DNA from: Myxococcota bacterium
GTDB lineage: Bacteria > Myxococcota_A > UBA9042 > PHBI01 > JAWLBL01
Reading direction: 5' to 3'
DNA length: 64,000 bases
Assembly: GCA_041687695.1 (NCBI GenBank)
Contig: JAWLBL010000005.1
Location: 217,597-281,596, forward strand
In this document: positions 14,260 to 23,157 of the stretch, piece by piece
How positions within the stretch are numbered: position 1 is the first letter of the stretch
Layout: every line of letters begins with the position of its first letter
The notes under the pieces: model-generated
Database searches by the model: none
Told to the model about the DNA's origin: nothing
What the model saw: the letters and a program-made list of their open reading frames with translations, nothing else
Program-made: the position numbers and the translations under genes

Positions 14260-15729
14260 TCACGCGCCGGGCCCCGTGTCTTCGCACGGGTGCGGCTCGG
14301 GCCCGGCGTGGCGGAGCGCGCGCTGCAGCGCTCGCAGCGCGGTGCGCAGCCCCTCCTCGACGACCGGGTGGTAGAACGGCAACTCCAACGCCTCGTCGAC
14401 CGTCAGGCCGCGCTGCACCATGAAGGCCAGCAGATGCGCCAGGTGCTCGGCCCGCGGCCCCAGCAGCTCGGCGCCCAGGAGCCGGGCGGTGCTCCGCTCG
14501 CCGTACACGCGCCCCACACCGGCGTTGACCCCCATCACGGTCGCGCGCCCCTGGTCGCCGAAGTCGACGCGGCCGCAGCGCACGTCTTCGTGGCTCAGCG
14601 CGCTCCAGCCGGGCCCGATCACCGCCATCTGCGGGTCGGTGAACACGATGGAGAGCGCCACCTTGCGCACGAAGGCGCGGACGTCGCCACCGAGCGCGAG
14701 CGCCGCGGCGTTCTGCCCCGCGATGTGGCCCTCGTCGGCGGCCTCGTGCAGCAAGGGCCGGTGCCCGGCGGCGTCGCCCGCGACGAACAGGGGGGCGTCG
14801 GCCAGCTGGAGCGTCAACGGGTCGACGACCCAGCGCTCGCGGTCCTCGAGGGGGACGCTCGTGCGCTGAAAGCCCAGGCTGGCCAGATGGGGCAGGCGCC
14901 CGGCGGCCACCAGGACGCAGGCGTACCGCTCGTCGCGTCGCGCGCCCGCGCCGTCGCGGAACCGCGCACGCACGGCGCCGTCGGCTTCGCGGGTCACGGC
15001 CTCGAGCGTGTAGCTCGTCACCAGGTCCAGCTCGCGGCCGAAGATCGAGCGGGCCGCCGACGCGACGGCGGGGTCGGTCACGACGCCCAGCTGCTCGTCG
15101 AGGCCCACGAACGTCACCCGGCTCCCCAGGCGGCTCAGGGCCTGCCCCAGCTCGAGGGCGATGACGCCCGTGCCCACGACCAGCGCGCTGTCGGGCAGCG
15201 TGTCGCGCTCGAACAGCGAGTCCGTCGTGACGAGGGCGTCGCCCAGGCTGCGGAAGGGCGGCGGGACGTGCGGGGTCGAGCCGGTGGCGACGACGATCGC
15301 CCCCGCCTCGACGACGACGCGTTCGCCGCTCGCGGTGTCCACGACGAGGCGGTGATCGCCGTCGAAGCGCGCGGTCCCGCGCACCAGCGTGTCGCCGGCC
15401 TCGAGCGCGTCGGTGGCCTCGAGCACGAAGCGCACGAAGCGGTCGCGCTGGGCGCGGACGCGGGCCATGACGGCCCGCCCGTCGACGGTGACCGGGCCCG
15501 CTCGCACGCCGAAGTCGTGGGCCCGCCGCGCGTCGTGGGCGGCGTCGGCCGCGGCGATGAGCAGCTTGGAGGGCATGCAGCCGACGCGGGCGCAGGTCGT
15601 GCCGAGCGGCGGCTGGCCGATGAGCAAGGTCCGAGCCCCGGCGGCCTCGGCGGCGCGCCGGGCGACCAGGCCGGCCGTCCCGGCGCCGATGACGGCCACG
15701 TCGACCTTGCGTGGGCGAGGGCCTGCCAT
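14260..15729 (-). CDS. Dihydrolipoyl dehydrogenase-like flavoprotein disulfide reductase
   Basis: IGAGTAG, TTCARVGCMPSK redox Cys pair, FYHPVVEE. Confidence 0.9.
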   Translation of the reverse strand: MAGPRPRKVDVAVIGAGTAGLVARRAAEAAGARTLLIGQPPLGTTCARVGCMPSKLLIAAADAAHDARRAHDFGVRAGPVTVDGRAVMARVRAQRDRFVRFVLEATDALEAGDTLVRGTARFDGDHRLVVDTASGERVVVEAGAIVVATGSTPHVPPPFRSLGDALVTTDSLFERDTLPDSALVVGTGVIALELGQALSRLGSRVTFVGLDEQLGVVTDPAVASAARSIFGRELDLVTSYTLEAVTREADGAVRARFRDGAGARRDERYACVLVAAGRLPHLASLGFQRTSVPLEDRERWVVDPLTLQLADAPLFVAGDAAGHRPLLHEAADEGHIAGQNAAALALGGDVRAFVRKVALSIVFTDPQMAVIGPGWSALSHEDVRCGRVDFGDQGRATVMGVNAGVGRVYGERSTARLLGAELLGPRAEHLAHLLAFMVQRGLTVDEALELPFYHPVVEEGLRTALRALQRALRHAGPEPHPCEDTGPGA

Positions 15730-16019
15730 CACGTCACCGGGGTGCGGCGGCCGCGATCGTGGACGCCAGCGAAGCGCGAAGTCGCGATCGCGATGGCCAG
15801 GAGCGCGACGGCTCCGGCGGCGGACGCGACCAGCGCGCCCCCGACGCCCGACCAACGCACCAGGTGGAACAGGAACCCGCCCAACATCGCGCCCAGGATG
15901 CCGACGGCCATGCTGCCCGCGTATCCCAGGCCGCTGCCGCGGAAGGTGGCGCCGGCCAGCCAGCCGGCCGCGAGGCCGATGGCCAGAAACAGCAAGATGT
16001 CGATGCCCAGCACGCCCAT
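15729..16019 (-). CDS. GlsB/YeaQ/YmgE stress membrane protein
   Basis: IGLAAGWLAG...GILGAMLGGFL, about 96 aa, hydrophobic. Confidence 0.85.
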   Translation of the reverse strand: MGVLGIDILLFLAIGLAAGWLAGATFRGSGLGYAGSMAVGILGAMLGGFLFHLVRWSGVGGALVASAAGAVALLAIAIATSRFAGVHDRGRRTPVT

Positions 16020-16167
16020 GGCTCCTCCTCGCGGCCGTCCCACATCCACGAGCCGCGGCCGTCCTCTGGACGACGCGGGCCCCGTCGATCGCGCGCGCGG
16101 CGCTACCGACGGGGCCCGAAGCCGCCTGGAACGCTCGGCTCAGCGCCCCGACGATCCCGAAGGGACG

Positions 16168-16692
16168 TCAGTTGCCGAGGTTCGGCTGCTGAATCTCACG
16201 CTCGAGCTCCTGGCCCTCCATCTGGATGCGCTGCTGGAGGTCCTGGCCCTCGCGCTGGATCTCGTCGCCCATGTTCTGCAGCCCCTCACCCATCTGGTTC
16301 GTCAGGCTGTCCAGATCGCGCTCGAGCTGCTGAAGGTCCTGCTGGATCTCGGTTCGGTGCTCCTGCCAGTTCTCCTCGGCCGAGCCCTGGAGCTCCTGCA
16401 CCTTCTGCTGCAGCTGCTGGTGCTCCTGGCGCAGCTCGTTCAGCTGGGTGCGCGCTTCGGCGTTGGCCTGGGCCCCCTGCTGCTGCATGCGCTGCTCGAC
16501 CTGCTGCATGCGCGAGTCGATCTGCTGGAGCTGGGTCTGCGTCTCGCGGACGAACGTCTGGCGGTCGCCGCTCTCGACGCCAATGCCTTCGGTGGCGGTC
16601 GGCTCGAGCTGCGTTTCGACCTCACGCTCGGCGCAGTTGAGCACCGGGAAGCTGAGCCCGAGGGCCGCGAGGATGAGCAGAGTGCGTCGCAT
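16168..16692 (-). CDS. Gln/Glu-rich coiled-coil lipoprotein (apolipoprotein/LEA-like)
   Basis: Signal peptide ending VLNC; amphipathic repeats such as IQREGQDLQQRIQMEGQELEREIQQ. Confidence 0.75.
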   Translation of the reverse strand: MRRTLLILAALGLSFPVLNCAEREVETQLEPTATEGIGVESGDRQTFVRETQTQLQQIDSRMQQVEQRMQQQGAQANAEARTQLNELRQEHQQLQQKVQELQGSAEENWQEHRTEIQQDLQQLERDLDSLTNQMGEGLQNMGDEIQREGQDLQQRIQMEGQELEREIQQPNLGN

Positions 16693-17112
16693 CGGATTCC
16701 TCCTTGTCCGGAGCGTGAACCGGTCGGCCGCGGGTCGGCGCGGACGCCGCTGGGCGGCGGCCGGCACCTCTCGTTCGGACTCACGGCGGCGGGTGACGCC
16801 TCGTCGTGGAGCCATGGCGGCGCCGCGCCCACTCCGGGTGGCGGCGGCCAGCTGCCGTCCGCTCCGGATCGCGGCGCCCGTCCTCGACGCGGTTCTTGCT
16901 CGACTGTCACAAGCTAGTGATCACCAAGGGGAATCGAATCAACTCGCGGCCCCGTCCACGGCATCGCCGGGCCATGTTGCGGCGCAGCCAAGCCCCCCGC
17001 AGCGACCAACCCCTTCACGGCGACGCAGCGCACATCTACCATCGGCCCGCAATCTTCCCCCGTGAGCCCGGGCGTGGGTCCCGGGCCTCCCCCATGCATC
17101 GAGGTCCCGTCC

Positions 17113-17937
17113 ATGAAGCGTCTCCTCACCACAGGCCTGATGTGCGCCGCCCTCGTCGCCTGCCGCGGGCAGGAGGGGCCACAGCCCGCGCACCCGGGCT
17201 CCGGCGTCCCCGCCGCCAGCGAAGACGCGACGCCCGCCACCCCCACCGCCGACGCCGGCGAGGCGCCTCCGACCACCCCAGAGGCCGACGCTGCGCAGGC
17301 CGCGCCAGAGGCCGACGCCGCGCCCGCCCCCGCGGGCGATCCCGACGCGCAGGCCCCCGGCGCCGCCGAGGTCGCCGCCGCTGGCGACGCCGCCCAGGGC
17401 CCGGTCGCCGCGCCCGAGCTGGCCTCCGAGCTGCCCGGCGCGCGCGTCGCCGCCATCATGGAGGCGCGCAGCGGCGCCTCCCTGTCGGGCACGGCCGTGA
17501 TGGCCGAGACCGAGCAGGGCGTGACGGTGCTGCTCAAGCTCACCGGCGCGCCGCCGGGCGCCCACGCGGTGCACGTCCATGAAAAGGGCGACTGCTCGGC
17601 CCCCGACGCCACCAGCGCGGGCGACCACTTCAACCCCCGCGGTCACGCGCACGGCCTGCCCAACACCGACGAGCGGCACCTGGGCGACTTCGGCAACATG
17701 ATGGTGGCCGAGGACGGCACCGGGACCCTGACCCTCACGGCGCCGGGCGCGAACCTCGAGCCCGGGGACACGAACAGCTTCCTGGGCAAGGCGCTGATCG
17801 TGCACGACAAGCCGGACACGGGCGAGCAGCCCGCCGGCAACGCGGGCCCGCGCATCGCCTGCGGCGTCCTGCGTCCCATCCAGGGCGCGGCGCAGCCGAG
17901 GCAGCCCCAGCCCGACGGGGGCGCAGCGACCCCGTAA
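17113..17937 (+). CDS. sodC: Cu/Zn superoxide dismutase lipoprotein with a long Ala/Pro linker
   Basis: Lipobox LVAC; HVHE, GDHFNP, HG...RHLGD, IVHD, GPRIACG metal ligands. Confidence 0.93.
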   Translation: MKRLLTTGLMCAALVACRGQEGPQPAHPGSGVPAASEDATPATPTADAGEAPPTTPEADAAQAAPEADAAPAPAGDPDAQAPGAAEVAAAGDAAQGPVAAPELASELPGARVAAIMEARSGASLSGTAVMAETEQGVTVLLKLTGAPPGAHAVHVHEKGDCSAPDATSAGDHFNPRGHAHGLPNTDERHLGDFGNMMVAEDGTGTLTLTAPGANLEPGDTNSFLGKALIVHDKPDTGEQPAGNAGPRIACGVLRPIQGAAQPRQPQPDGGAATP

Positions 17938-18292
17938 CCGCCTCGCTGGTCGCACCTTCGGACGGGATCGCCGGCACGCGCTGGCGGTCCCGTCGTCGTT
18001 TCGAAGCGTCGCCGCGGTGGCCTCGAAGCCGCCGGCGAGCGGGCCGTCGCGAGCCGCCGGCGCACGCCGCAGCACACAAATGGCCATTATTTTCCGGTGC
18101 TTGCGGACCCGTCGCGGGTTGTTAGGGTAGCTCTGGGTCGTGCGGAGGCCGCCGGCGGCGAGTCCGACGTCGCGGTCGCCCCGGTCGCGGTGCCAGTCGC
18201 GGCGCCCATCGCGTCGTCGTGGCGGCCCTGGCGGCTCCGCCCCCGCTCGACCGTTACGGCACCGCTTGGCCACATCCCCCGGAGGCGGACGA

Positions 18293-18490
18293 ATGACCTG
18301 GGATCGCGTGAGCGCCAACTGGCGCACCATGATGCGCAAGGTCCAGCAGCGGTGGGGACGCCTGAGCGACTCCGACCTGGTCAACGTGGCCGGGCGCTTC
18401 GACGTCCTGGTGCGCCAGGTGCAGGACCGGTACGCGCTCGATCGCCGCCAGGCCGAGCGACAGGTCCAGGGCTGGTTGCAGCGGCTGTGA
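18293..18490 (+). CDS. CsbD-family stress protein
   Basis: MTWDRVSANW...QQRWGRLSDSDL...VQDRY; GGAGG RBS. Confidence 0.88.
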   Translation: MTWDRVSANWRTMMRKVQQRWGRLSDSDLVNVAGRFDVLVRQVQDRYALDRRQAERQVQGWLQRL

Positions 18491-18550
18491 GCGAGGCCGC
18501 CCAAGCGGCGCGCCCGACCCCAGCCCGATCACGAGGAGAGGAGGAGACCG

Positions 18551-18970
18551 ATGAAGATCCGCGAGATCATGACGCGAAACGTCCGGACGGTGAGCCCCGA
18601 CGACAACCTGGTGGACGTGGCGGCGCAGATGCTGCGCGTCGACACGGGGTTCATCCCGGTCTGCGACAACGACCGCATCGTCGGCGCCATCACCGACCGG
18701 GACATCGCCATCCGCGCGGTCGCCGAAGGGCGTGACCCCAACGAGACCCGCGTGCGCGACTGCATGAGCCGCGACGTGGTGACCTGCTCCGAGGACAGCG
18801 ACGTCGAGGAGGCCGCGCAGCTGATGGAGGACCGCCAGATCCGGCGCCTCGTCATCCTCGACCGGGACCGGCGCCTGTGCGGCGTGGTCTCGCTGGGCGA
18901 CCTGGCGACGCACCGCGGCGCGCGCAACGTGTCGGGCGAGGTGCTCGAGCAGGTCTCGCAGCCGTCCTGA
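18551..18970 (+). CDS. Stand-alone CBS-pair protein
   Basis: MKIREIMT, GAITDRDIAIR, IRRLVI, GVVSLGDLA. Confidence 0.92.
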   Translation: MKIREIMTRNVRTVSPDDNLVDVAAQMLRVDTGFIPVCDNDRIVGAITDRDIAIRAVAEGRDPNETRVRDCMSRDVVTCSEDSDVEEAAQLMEDRQIRRLVILDRDRRLCGVVSLGDLATHRGARNVSGEVLEQVSQPS

Positions 18971-18996
18971 CGGTGCGAGCCGCGTCGAGGTCAAAG

Positions 18997-19033
18997 GACG
19001 AGGGGCGCGCCCGCGGTGGACGCGCCCCTCGTC
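18997..19033. terminator. Hairpin between convergent genes
   Basis: GACGAGGGGCGCG ... CGCGCCCCTCGTC, 13-bp perfect stem. Confidence 0.6.
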
Positions 19034-19092
19034 GATCTCGAAGCGACGGGGCGCGCGCAGGTGCTCGCCGAGGCGATCACCCGCGCGGCGGG

Positions 19093-19281
19093 TCAGACGC
19101 GGTGAGGCGTCCGGCGTCGGCCACCGCCCATCATCCCAGCGATGAGGGTGACGAGGAAGATGGCGAGGAAGACGAAGAAGAGGATCTTCGCGATGCTCGC
19201 CGCGCCCGCGGCGATGCCGCCGAAGCCGAGCACGCCGGCGACGATGGCGACGATGAAGAAGACGAGGGCCCACCAGAGCAT
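19093..19281 (-). CDS. DUF1328 (UPF0391/YtjA) small membrane protein
   Basis: [39 protein letters not shown]. Confidence 0.92.
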   Translation of the reverse strand: MLWWALVFFIVAIVAGVLGFGGIAAGAASIAKILFFVFLAIFLVTLIAGMMGGGRRRTPHRV

Positions 19282-19495
19282 GGGTCATTCCTCCTGACGT
19301 CGTGGCCCGTCGGGCCTTGGGATGGTGTGCGTCGCGGCCGGGTCGCGGAGACACGGCGAAAAACGCACCGGTTTCGATAAGATAGGCACATCCCGCGGCG
19401 CGTGCACGGGGGCGCGGGGCGGCGGCCCGGGCATTGAACATGCGTCGGACCCGAGCCTGTGATTTCATGCGGCGAGCAGCGACCAGGAGGCGGAG

Positions 19496-20125
19496 GTGCA
19501 GCGGTTGGAAGACAAGGAAGCCCTCGGGGCGCTGGTTCACCTGTACCGAGCGGAGGTGGGCCTGATGGGCGCCTACCGCATCCGCCTGGACACGACGACC
19601 AACTGGGCGGTGGCCACGACGGCGGCGCTGGTGTCGTTCTCGCTGGGCAACAGCTCGGTGCCCCACCTCATGTTCCTGCTGCTCGCGTACCTGAACTTCG
19701 TGTTCCTGTGGATGGAGGCGCGCCGGTACCGGCACTACGCGATGGCCCGGGACCGGGTGCGGCTGCTCGAGCGCGGCCTCTACCGCGAGGTGCTCGGCTG
19801 CGAGGACACCGGGTGGCGACAGGCGCTGGACGTGGAGCTGGCCCGGCCCGTGTCGCGCATGCCGCTGCTTCATTCATTGGTCATCCGGATCCGGCGAAAC
19901 TACATCTGGATCTTCGCCACGACCTACGTCGCCTGGCTGCTCAAGCTCGAGCTGCACGGCGACGGGCCGCTCGTCACGTCGGCGCACGTGGGGCCCTTCC
20001 CGGGTCCGCTCGTGTTCGCGCTGACGACCCTTTGCTTCATGGCGCTCGTCGTCCTGCTCCTGCGTTACCCGATCCGCGAGTCGGCCGAGGGCGAGGAGAT
20101 CGACGCGGAGCACCCCGAGGCCTGA
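19496..20125 (+). CDS. DUF2270 membrane protein
   Basis: LVHLYRAEV...RLDTTTNWAV...EARRYR...RVRLLE. Confidence 0.85.
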   Translation: MQRLEDKEALGALVHLYRAEVGLMGAYRIRLDTTTNWAVATTAALVSFSLGNSSVPHLMFLLLAYLNFVFLWMEARRYRHYAMARDRVRLLERGLYREVLGCEDTGWRQALDVELARPVSRMPLLHSLVIRIRRNYIWIFATTYVAWLLKLELHGDGPLVTSAHVGPFPGPLVFALTTLCFMALVVLLLRYPIRESAEGEEIDAEHPEA

Positions 20126-20164
20126 CCCGAGGGGCCCCCGGCCCAGACCCTGGAGGCGCATGCC

Positions 20165-21544
20165 ATGGCCGCCGAACGCAAGTTCATGAGGTCCGTCAAC
20201 CCAGCGACCGGCGAGGAGCTTGCCCGGTACGCGCAGCACGACGAGGGCGAGGTCGAGATGCGCCTCGCCCTGTCCGAGCGCACCTTCGCCAGGTGGCGGG
20301 CGACGCCCGTCGGCGCGCGCGCCGAGCGGATGCGAGCGGCCGCCGAGGCGCTCGACGCCCGGCGCGACGCCCTGGCCGAGCTGATGACGCGCGAGATGGG
20401 CAAGCCCATCGAGGCGGCGCGCGCCGAGGTCGACAAGTGCGCCTGGGTCTGCCGCTTCTACGCCGAGCACGCCGAGGCCATGCTGGCCGACGAGCCGCGC
20501 GAGACCGACGCCCGGCGCAGCTTCGTCCGCTATCGCCCGCTCGGGCCGGTGCTGGCGGTCATGCCGTGGAACTTCCCGCTGTGGCAGGTCTTCCGCTTCG
20601 CCGCGCCGGGCCTGATGGCCGGCAACGTGGGCCTGCTCAAGCACGCCTCCAACGTGCCCGGCTGCGCCGTCGCCATCGAGGAGATCTTCCGAGCGGCCGG
20701 CTTCCCCGAGGGCGCCTTCCAGGCGCTGCTGGTCGGCTCCGAGCGCGTGGCCGCCCTCATCGCCGACGTCAGGGTGCGCGCGGTCACCTTGACCGGCAGC
20801 GAGGGCGCGGGCCAGAGCGTCGGCGCCGAGGCCGGCCGCGCCCTGAAGAAGAGCGTCCTCGAGCTGGGCGGCAGCGACCCGTTCATCGTCCTGCCCTCGG
20901 CCGACCTCGACGCGGCGGCCGAGACGGCGGTGAGGTCGCGCACGCTGAACAACGGCCAGTCCTGCATCGCGGCCAAGCGCTTCATCGTCCACGAGGCCGT
21001 GGCCGACGCCTTCGAGCAGCGCTTCGTCGCCGCGATGGAGGCCCTGCGCGTGGGTGACCCCCTCGATCCCGGGATCGAGATCGGCCCGCTGGCGACCGCG
21101 GCCATCCGCGACGAGGTGCACGACCAGGTGCGACGCACCTTCGAGGCCGGCGCGCGCGTCCTGACCGGCGGCCAGCCGCTGGAGGGCCCCGGCTGGTTCT
21201 ATCCGCCGACCGTCCTGACCGACATCCCCGAGGGCAGCGCCGCCTGGGAGGAAGAGGTCTTCGGACCGGTGGCCGCCCTGTTCCGGGTCGGCTCGCTCGA
21301 CGAGGCCATCGCGCTGGCCAACGCGTCGAAGTACGGCCTGGGCTCGGCGGCCTGGACGCGCGACGAGCAGGAGCAAGGTCGCCTCGTCGACGAGCTCGAG
21401 GCGGGCGCGGTCTTCATCAACGGCCTGGTCAAGAGCGACCCGCGCATGCCCTTCGGCGGCGTCAAGCGCTCGGGCTACGGCCGCGAGCTGGACCGCCACG
21501 GGCTGCTGGAGTTCACCAACGCCACGACCGTCTGGATCGGCTGA
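20165..21544 (+). CDS. NAD(P)-dependent succinate-semialdehyde dehydrogenase-like aldehyde dehydrogenase
   Basis: MPWNFP, LTGS, LELGGSDP, NNGQSCIA, EEVFGP, PFGGVKRSGYGRE. Confidence 0.92.
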   Translation: MAAERKFMRSVNPATGEELARYAQHDEGEVEMRLALSERTFARWRATPVGARAERMRAAAEALDARRDALAELMTREMGKPIEAARAEVDKCAWVCRFYAEHAEAMLADEPRETDARRSFVRYRPLGPVLAVMPWNFPLWQVFRFAAPGLMAGNVGLLKHASNVPGCAVAIEEIFRAAGFPEGAFQALLVGSERVAALIADVRVRAVTLTGSEGAGQSVGAEAGRALKKSVLELGGSDPFIVLPSADLDAAAETAVRSRTLNNGQSCIAAKRFIVHEAVADAFEQRFVAAMEALRVGDPLDPGIEIGPLATAAIRDEVHDQVRRTFEAGARVLTGGQPLEGPGWFYPPTVLTDIPEGSAAWEEEVFGPVAALFRVGSLDEAIALANASKYGLGSAAWTRDEQEQGRLVDELEAGAVFINGLVKSDPRMPFGGVKRSGYGRELDRHGLLEFTNATTVWIG

Positions 21545-21610
21545 CCCCCTCTCGGCCGGGCGCGCACGCACGAGCGCGGCGCCCGGCCCGCGTGGGCCCA
21601 CGTGCGATCG

Positions 21611-22462
21611 TCAGCCGCCGCCGGCGCCCTGGAACCCGGGGGCGTGGCGCTTGGACTCGGGGTAACGCAGCGACACGGCCGCCTCGGGCGCGATGACCCG
21701 GAAGGCCGCGCTCTCCTCGATGTACAGGCGCACCGAGGTGGCGTCGTGGTCGAGGTAGCCGATGGACAGGTCGCGGCCGACGGTCAGCTCGAAGTCGCCG
21801 CCGCGCATGCTGAGGACGACCGCGCCGTCGACGGCGGGCGCCCAGACCATCGGCCCCTCGATGATCTGCTTGACGTGCTTGGCCAGCGGGTAGCCGCCCG
21901 GGCCGAGGGTCTCGCTGAGGCCCGCGTAGCAGCGCGGCCCGAGGGCCAGGGCGTAGGGGCCGCCGACGCCCGAGCGCCGCAGCCGCTCGATCGCCTGGAC
22001 GACCGAGTGGGCGTAGGCCAGGTAGTCGTTGGACAGGATGATGGGCTCGTGGGGCGAGGCCTCGACCATGCCGCGCATGCAGCCCGGGCCGTAGCCGTAG
22101 AAGACCAGCGCGTCCTCGGCGCGGGCGATGCGCTGGGCCGCCTCGGTCACCGGCTCGAGGTCGGCGTCCCTGGCGCCGCGGGTGATGGCCTCGAGCTCGC
22201 GTCGCTCGAGCGAGAACACGGACCGCAGCTCGATGAGCGGCAGGACCAGGCGCTTGGAGGTCTCGATGCCCTCGACCGGCGAGGCGTCGAGGCGCTCGAC
22301 CCGGCCCAGGCTGACCGCCGATCTCTCCCAGCCGTGGGGGCCGTCGAAGTCGACCAGCTTGCGGGCGGCCAGGTTCAGCTTGAGCGTCTGGCGGGCCTGG
22401 TCCTCGATCTCGGCCCAGGCCGCGTCCGAGACGGGGGCCAGCGCGCGTCGCAACTCGTCCAT
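21611..22462 (-). CDS. Family 1 encapsulin shell protein (linocin M18/HK97 fold)
   Basis: MDELRRALAPVSDAAW, RKLVDFDGPHG, RGGDFELTVGRDLSIGY; adjacent cargo gene. Confidence 0.95.
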   Translation of the reverse strand: MDELRRALAPVSDAAWAEIEDQARQTLKLNLAARKLVDFDGPHGWERSAVSLGRVERLDASPVEGIETSKRLVLPLIELRSVFSLERRELEAITRGARDADLEPVTEAAQRIARAEDALVFYGYGPGCMRGMVEASPHEPIILSNDYLAYAHSVVQAIERLRRSGVGGPYALALGPRCYAGLSETLGPGGYPLAKHVKQIIEGPMVWAPAVDGAVVLSMRGGDFELTVGRDLSIGYLDHDATSVRLYIEESAAFRVIAPEAAVSLRYPESKRHAPGFQGAGGG

Positions 22463-22465
22463 GTG

Positions 22466-22879
22466 CTACTCCTGCCCCTTGAGGCTGCCGATGCCGAGCG
22501 ACCCGGCGCGTCCGCCCGCCGAGCGTCCGCCGCCCGCCTGTCCGCCGCCGCCCGCCTGTCCGCCGCCGCCGTCGGTGTCCTCCTCCTCGAGGGCGAGGAT
22601 GTCGCCGGTGGTGAACAGGTAGGTGCGCAGGTGATGGTCGAAGGTCGGGTCGCGGCGGCGCAGCCACTCGAGCGTCATGGCCGCGTGCTCTTTCTCCTCG
22701 TCGCGGTTGTGGGCGAGGACGGCCGCCAGATCGGGGTCGCTCGTCGCCTCGACGCGTTGGTCGTACCAGTCGACGGCCTCGAGCTCCTCCATGATGGAGG
22801 CGATGGCGCGGTGGCGGTCCCTGGTCTCGGCGCTGAGCGCGGACGGGTCTTCGTGGAAGGTGGCGCTGTTTTCGCCCAT
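22466..22879 (-). CDS. Encapsulated ferritin-like protein (Flp/EncFtn) with cargo-loading peptide
   Basis: HRAIASIMEELEAVDWYDQR, HNRDEEKEH; Gly-rich linker; C-terminal GSLGIGSLK. Confidence 0.95.
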   Translation of the reverse strand: MGENSATFHEDPSALSAETRDRHRAIASIMEELEAVDWYDQRVEATSDPDLAAVLAHNRDEEKEHAAMTLEWLRRRDPTFDHHLRTYLFTTGDILALEEEDTDGGGGQAGGGGQAGGGRSAGGRAGSLGIGSLKGQE

Positions 22880-22973
22880 GCGCGGGGCTCCGTGGGTCGT
22901 GGACGGAGGTCGGGTGAACGGGGTCCGGGAGCCCATGGTTAGCGGACCGCCGTCCATCCCGCAACGCAACGGT

Positions 22974-23028
22974 CGCAAGGTGAACGCAAGCTCGGCGCAA
23001 GGTCGGCGCAAGGTCGGCGCGAGGTCGG
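22974..23028. promoter_or_regulatory. Five phased 11-bp direct repeats (consensus CGCAAGGTCGG) in the divergent flp/ileS intergenic region
   Basis: CGCAAGGTGAA CGCAAGCTCGG CGCAAGGTCGG CGCAAGGTCGG CGCGAGGTCGG, contiguous. Confidence 0.6.
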
Positions 23029-23062
23029 CGGCGCGAGCCCCGGAGCCGACGGGAGAGCATCG

Positions 23063-23090
23063 TTGACGCTGCCTCGGGGGTGACTATGCT
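23063..23090 (+). promoter_or_regulatory. Sigma70-type promoter of ileS
   Basis: TTGACG-16 bp-TATGCT. Confidence 0.55.
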
Positions 23091-23157
23091 CCCGGGCTCT
23101 CCCTGCCCGGGCCCCGGGTGCTCACCCGCCCGCCGCCCCAGCCCCACGGATGGCGCC

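Noticed and set aside
19428..19443. Possible sigma54 promoters (GG-N10-GC) here and at about 32960-32975
   Set aside because: Only the minimal spacing matches, which is expected by chance at this GC content.
21611..22462. Phage capsid or bacteriocin
   Set aside because: A cargo gene with a targeting peptide and no phage genes nearby indicate an encapsulin.
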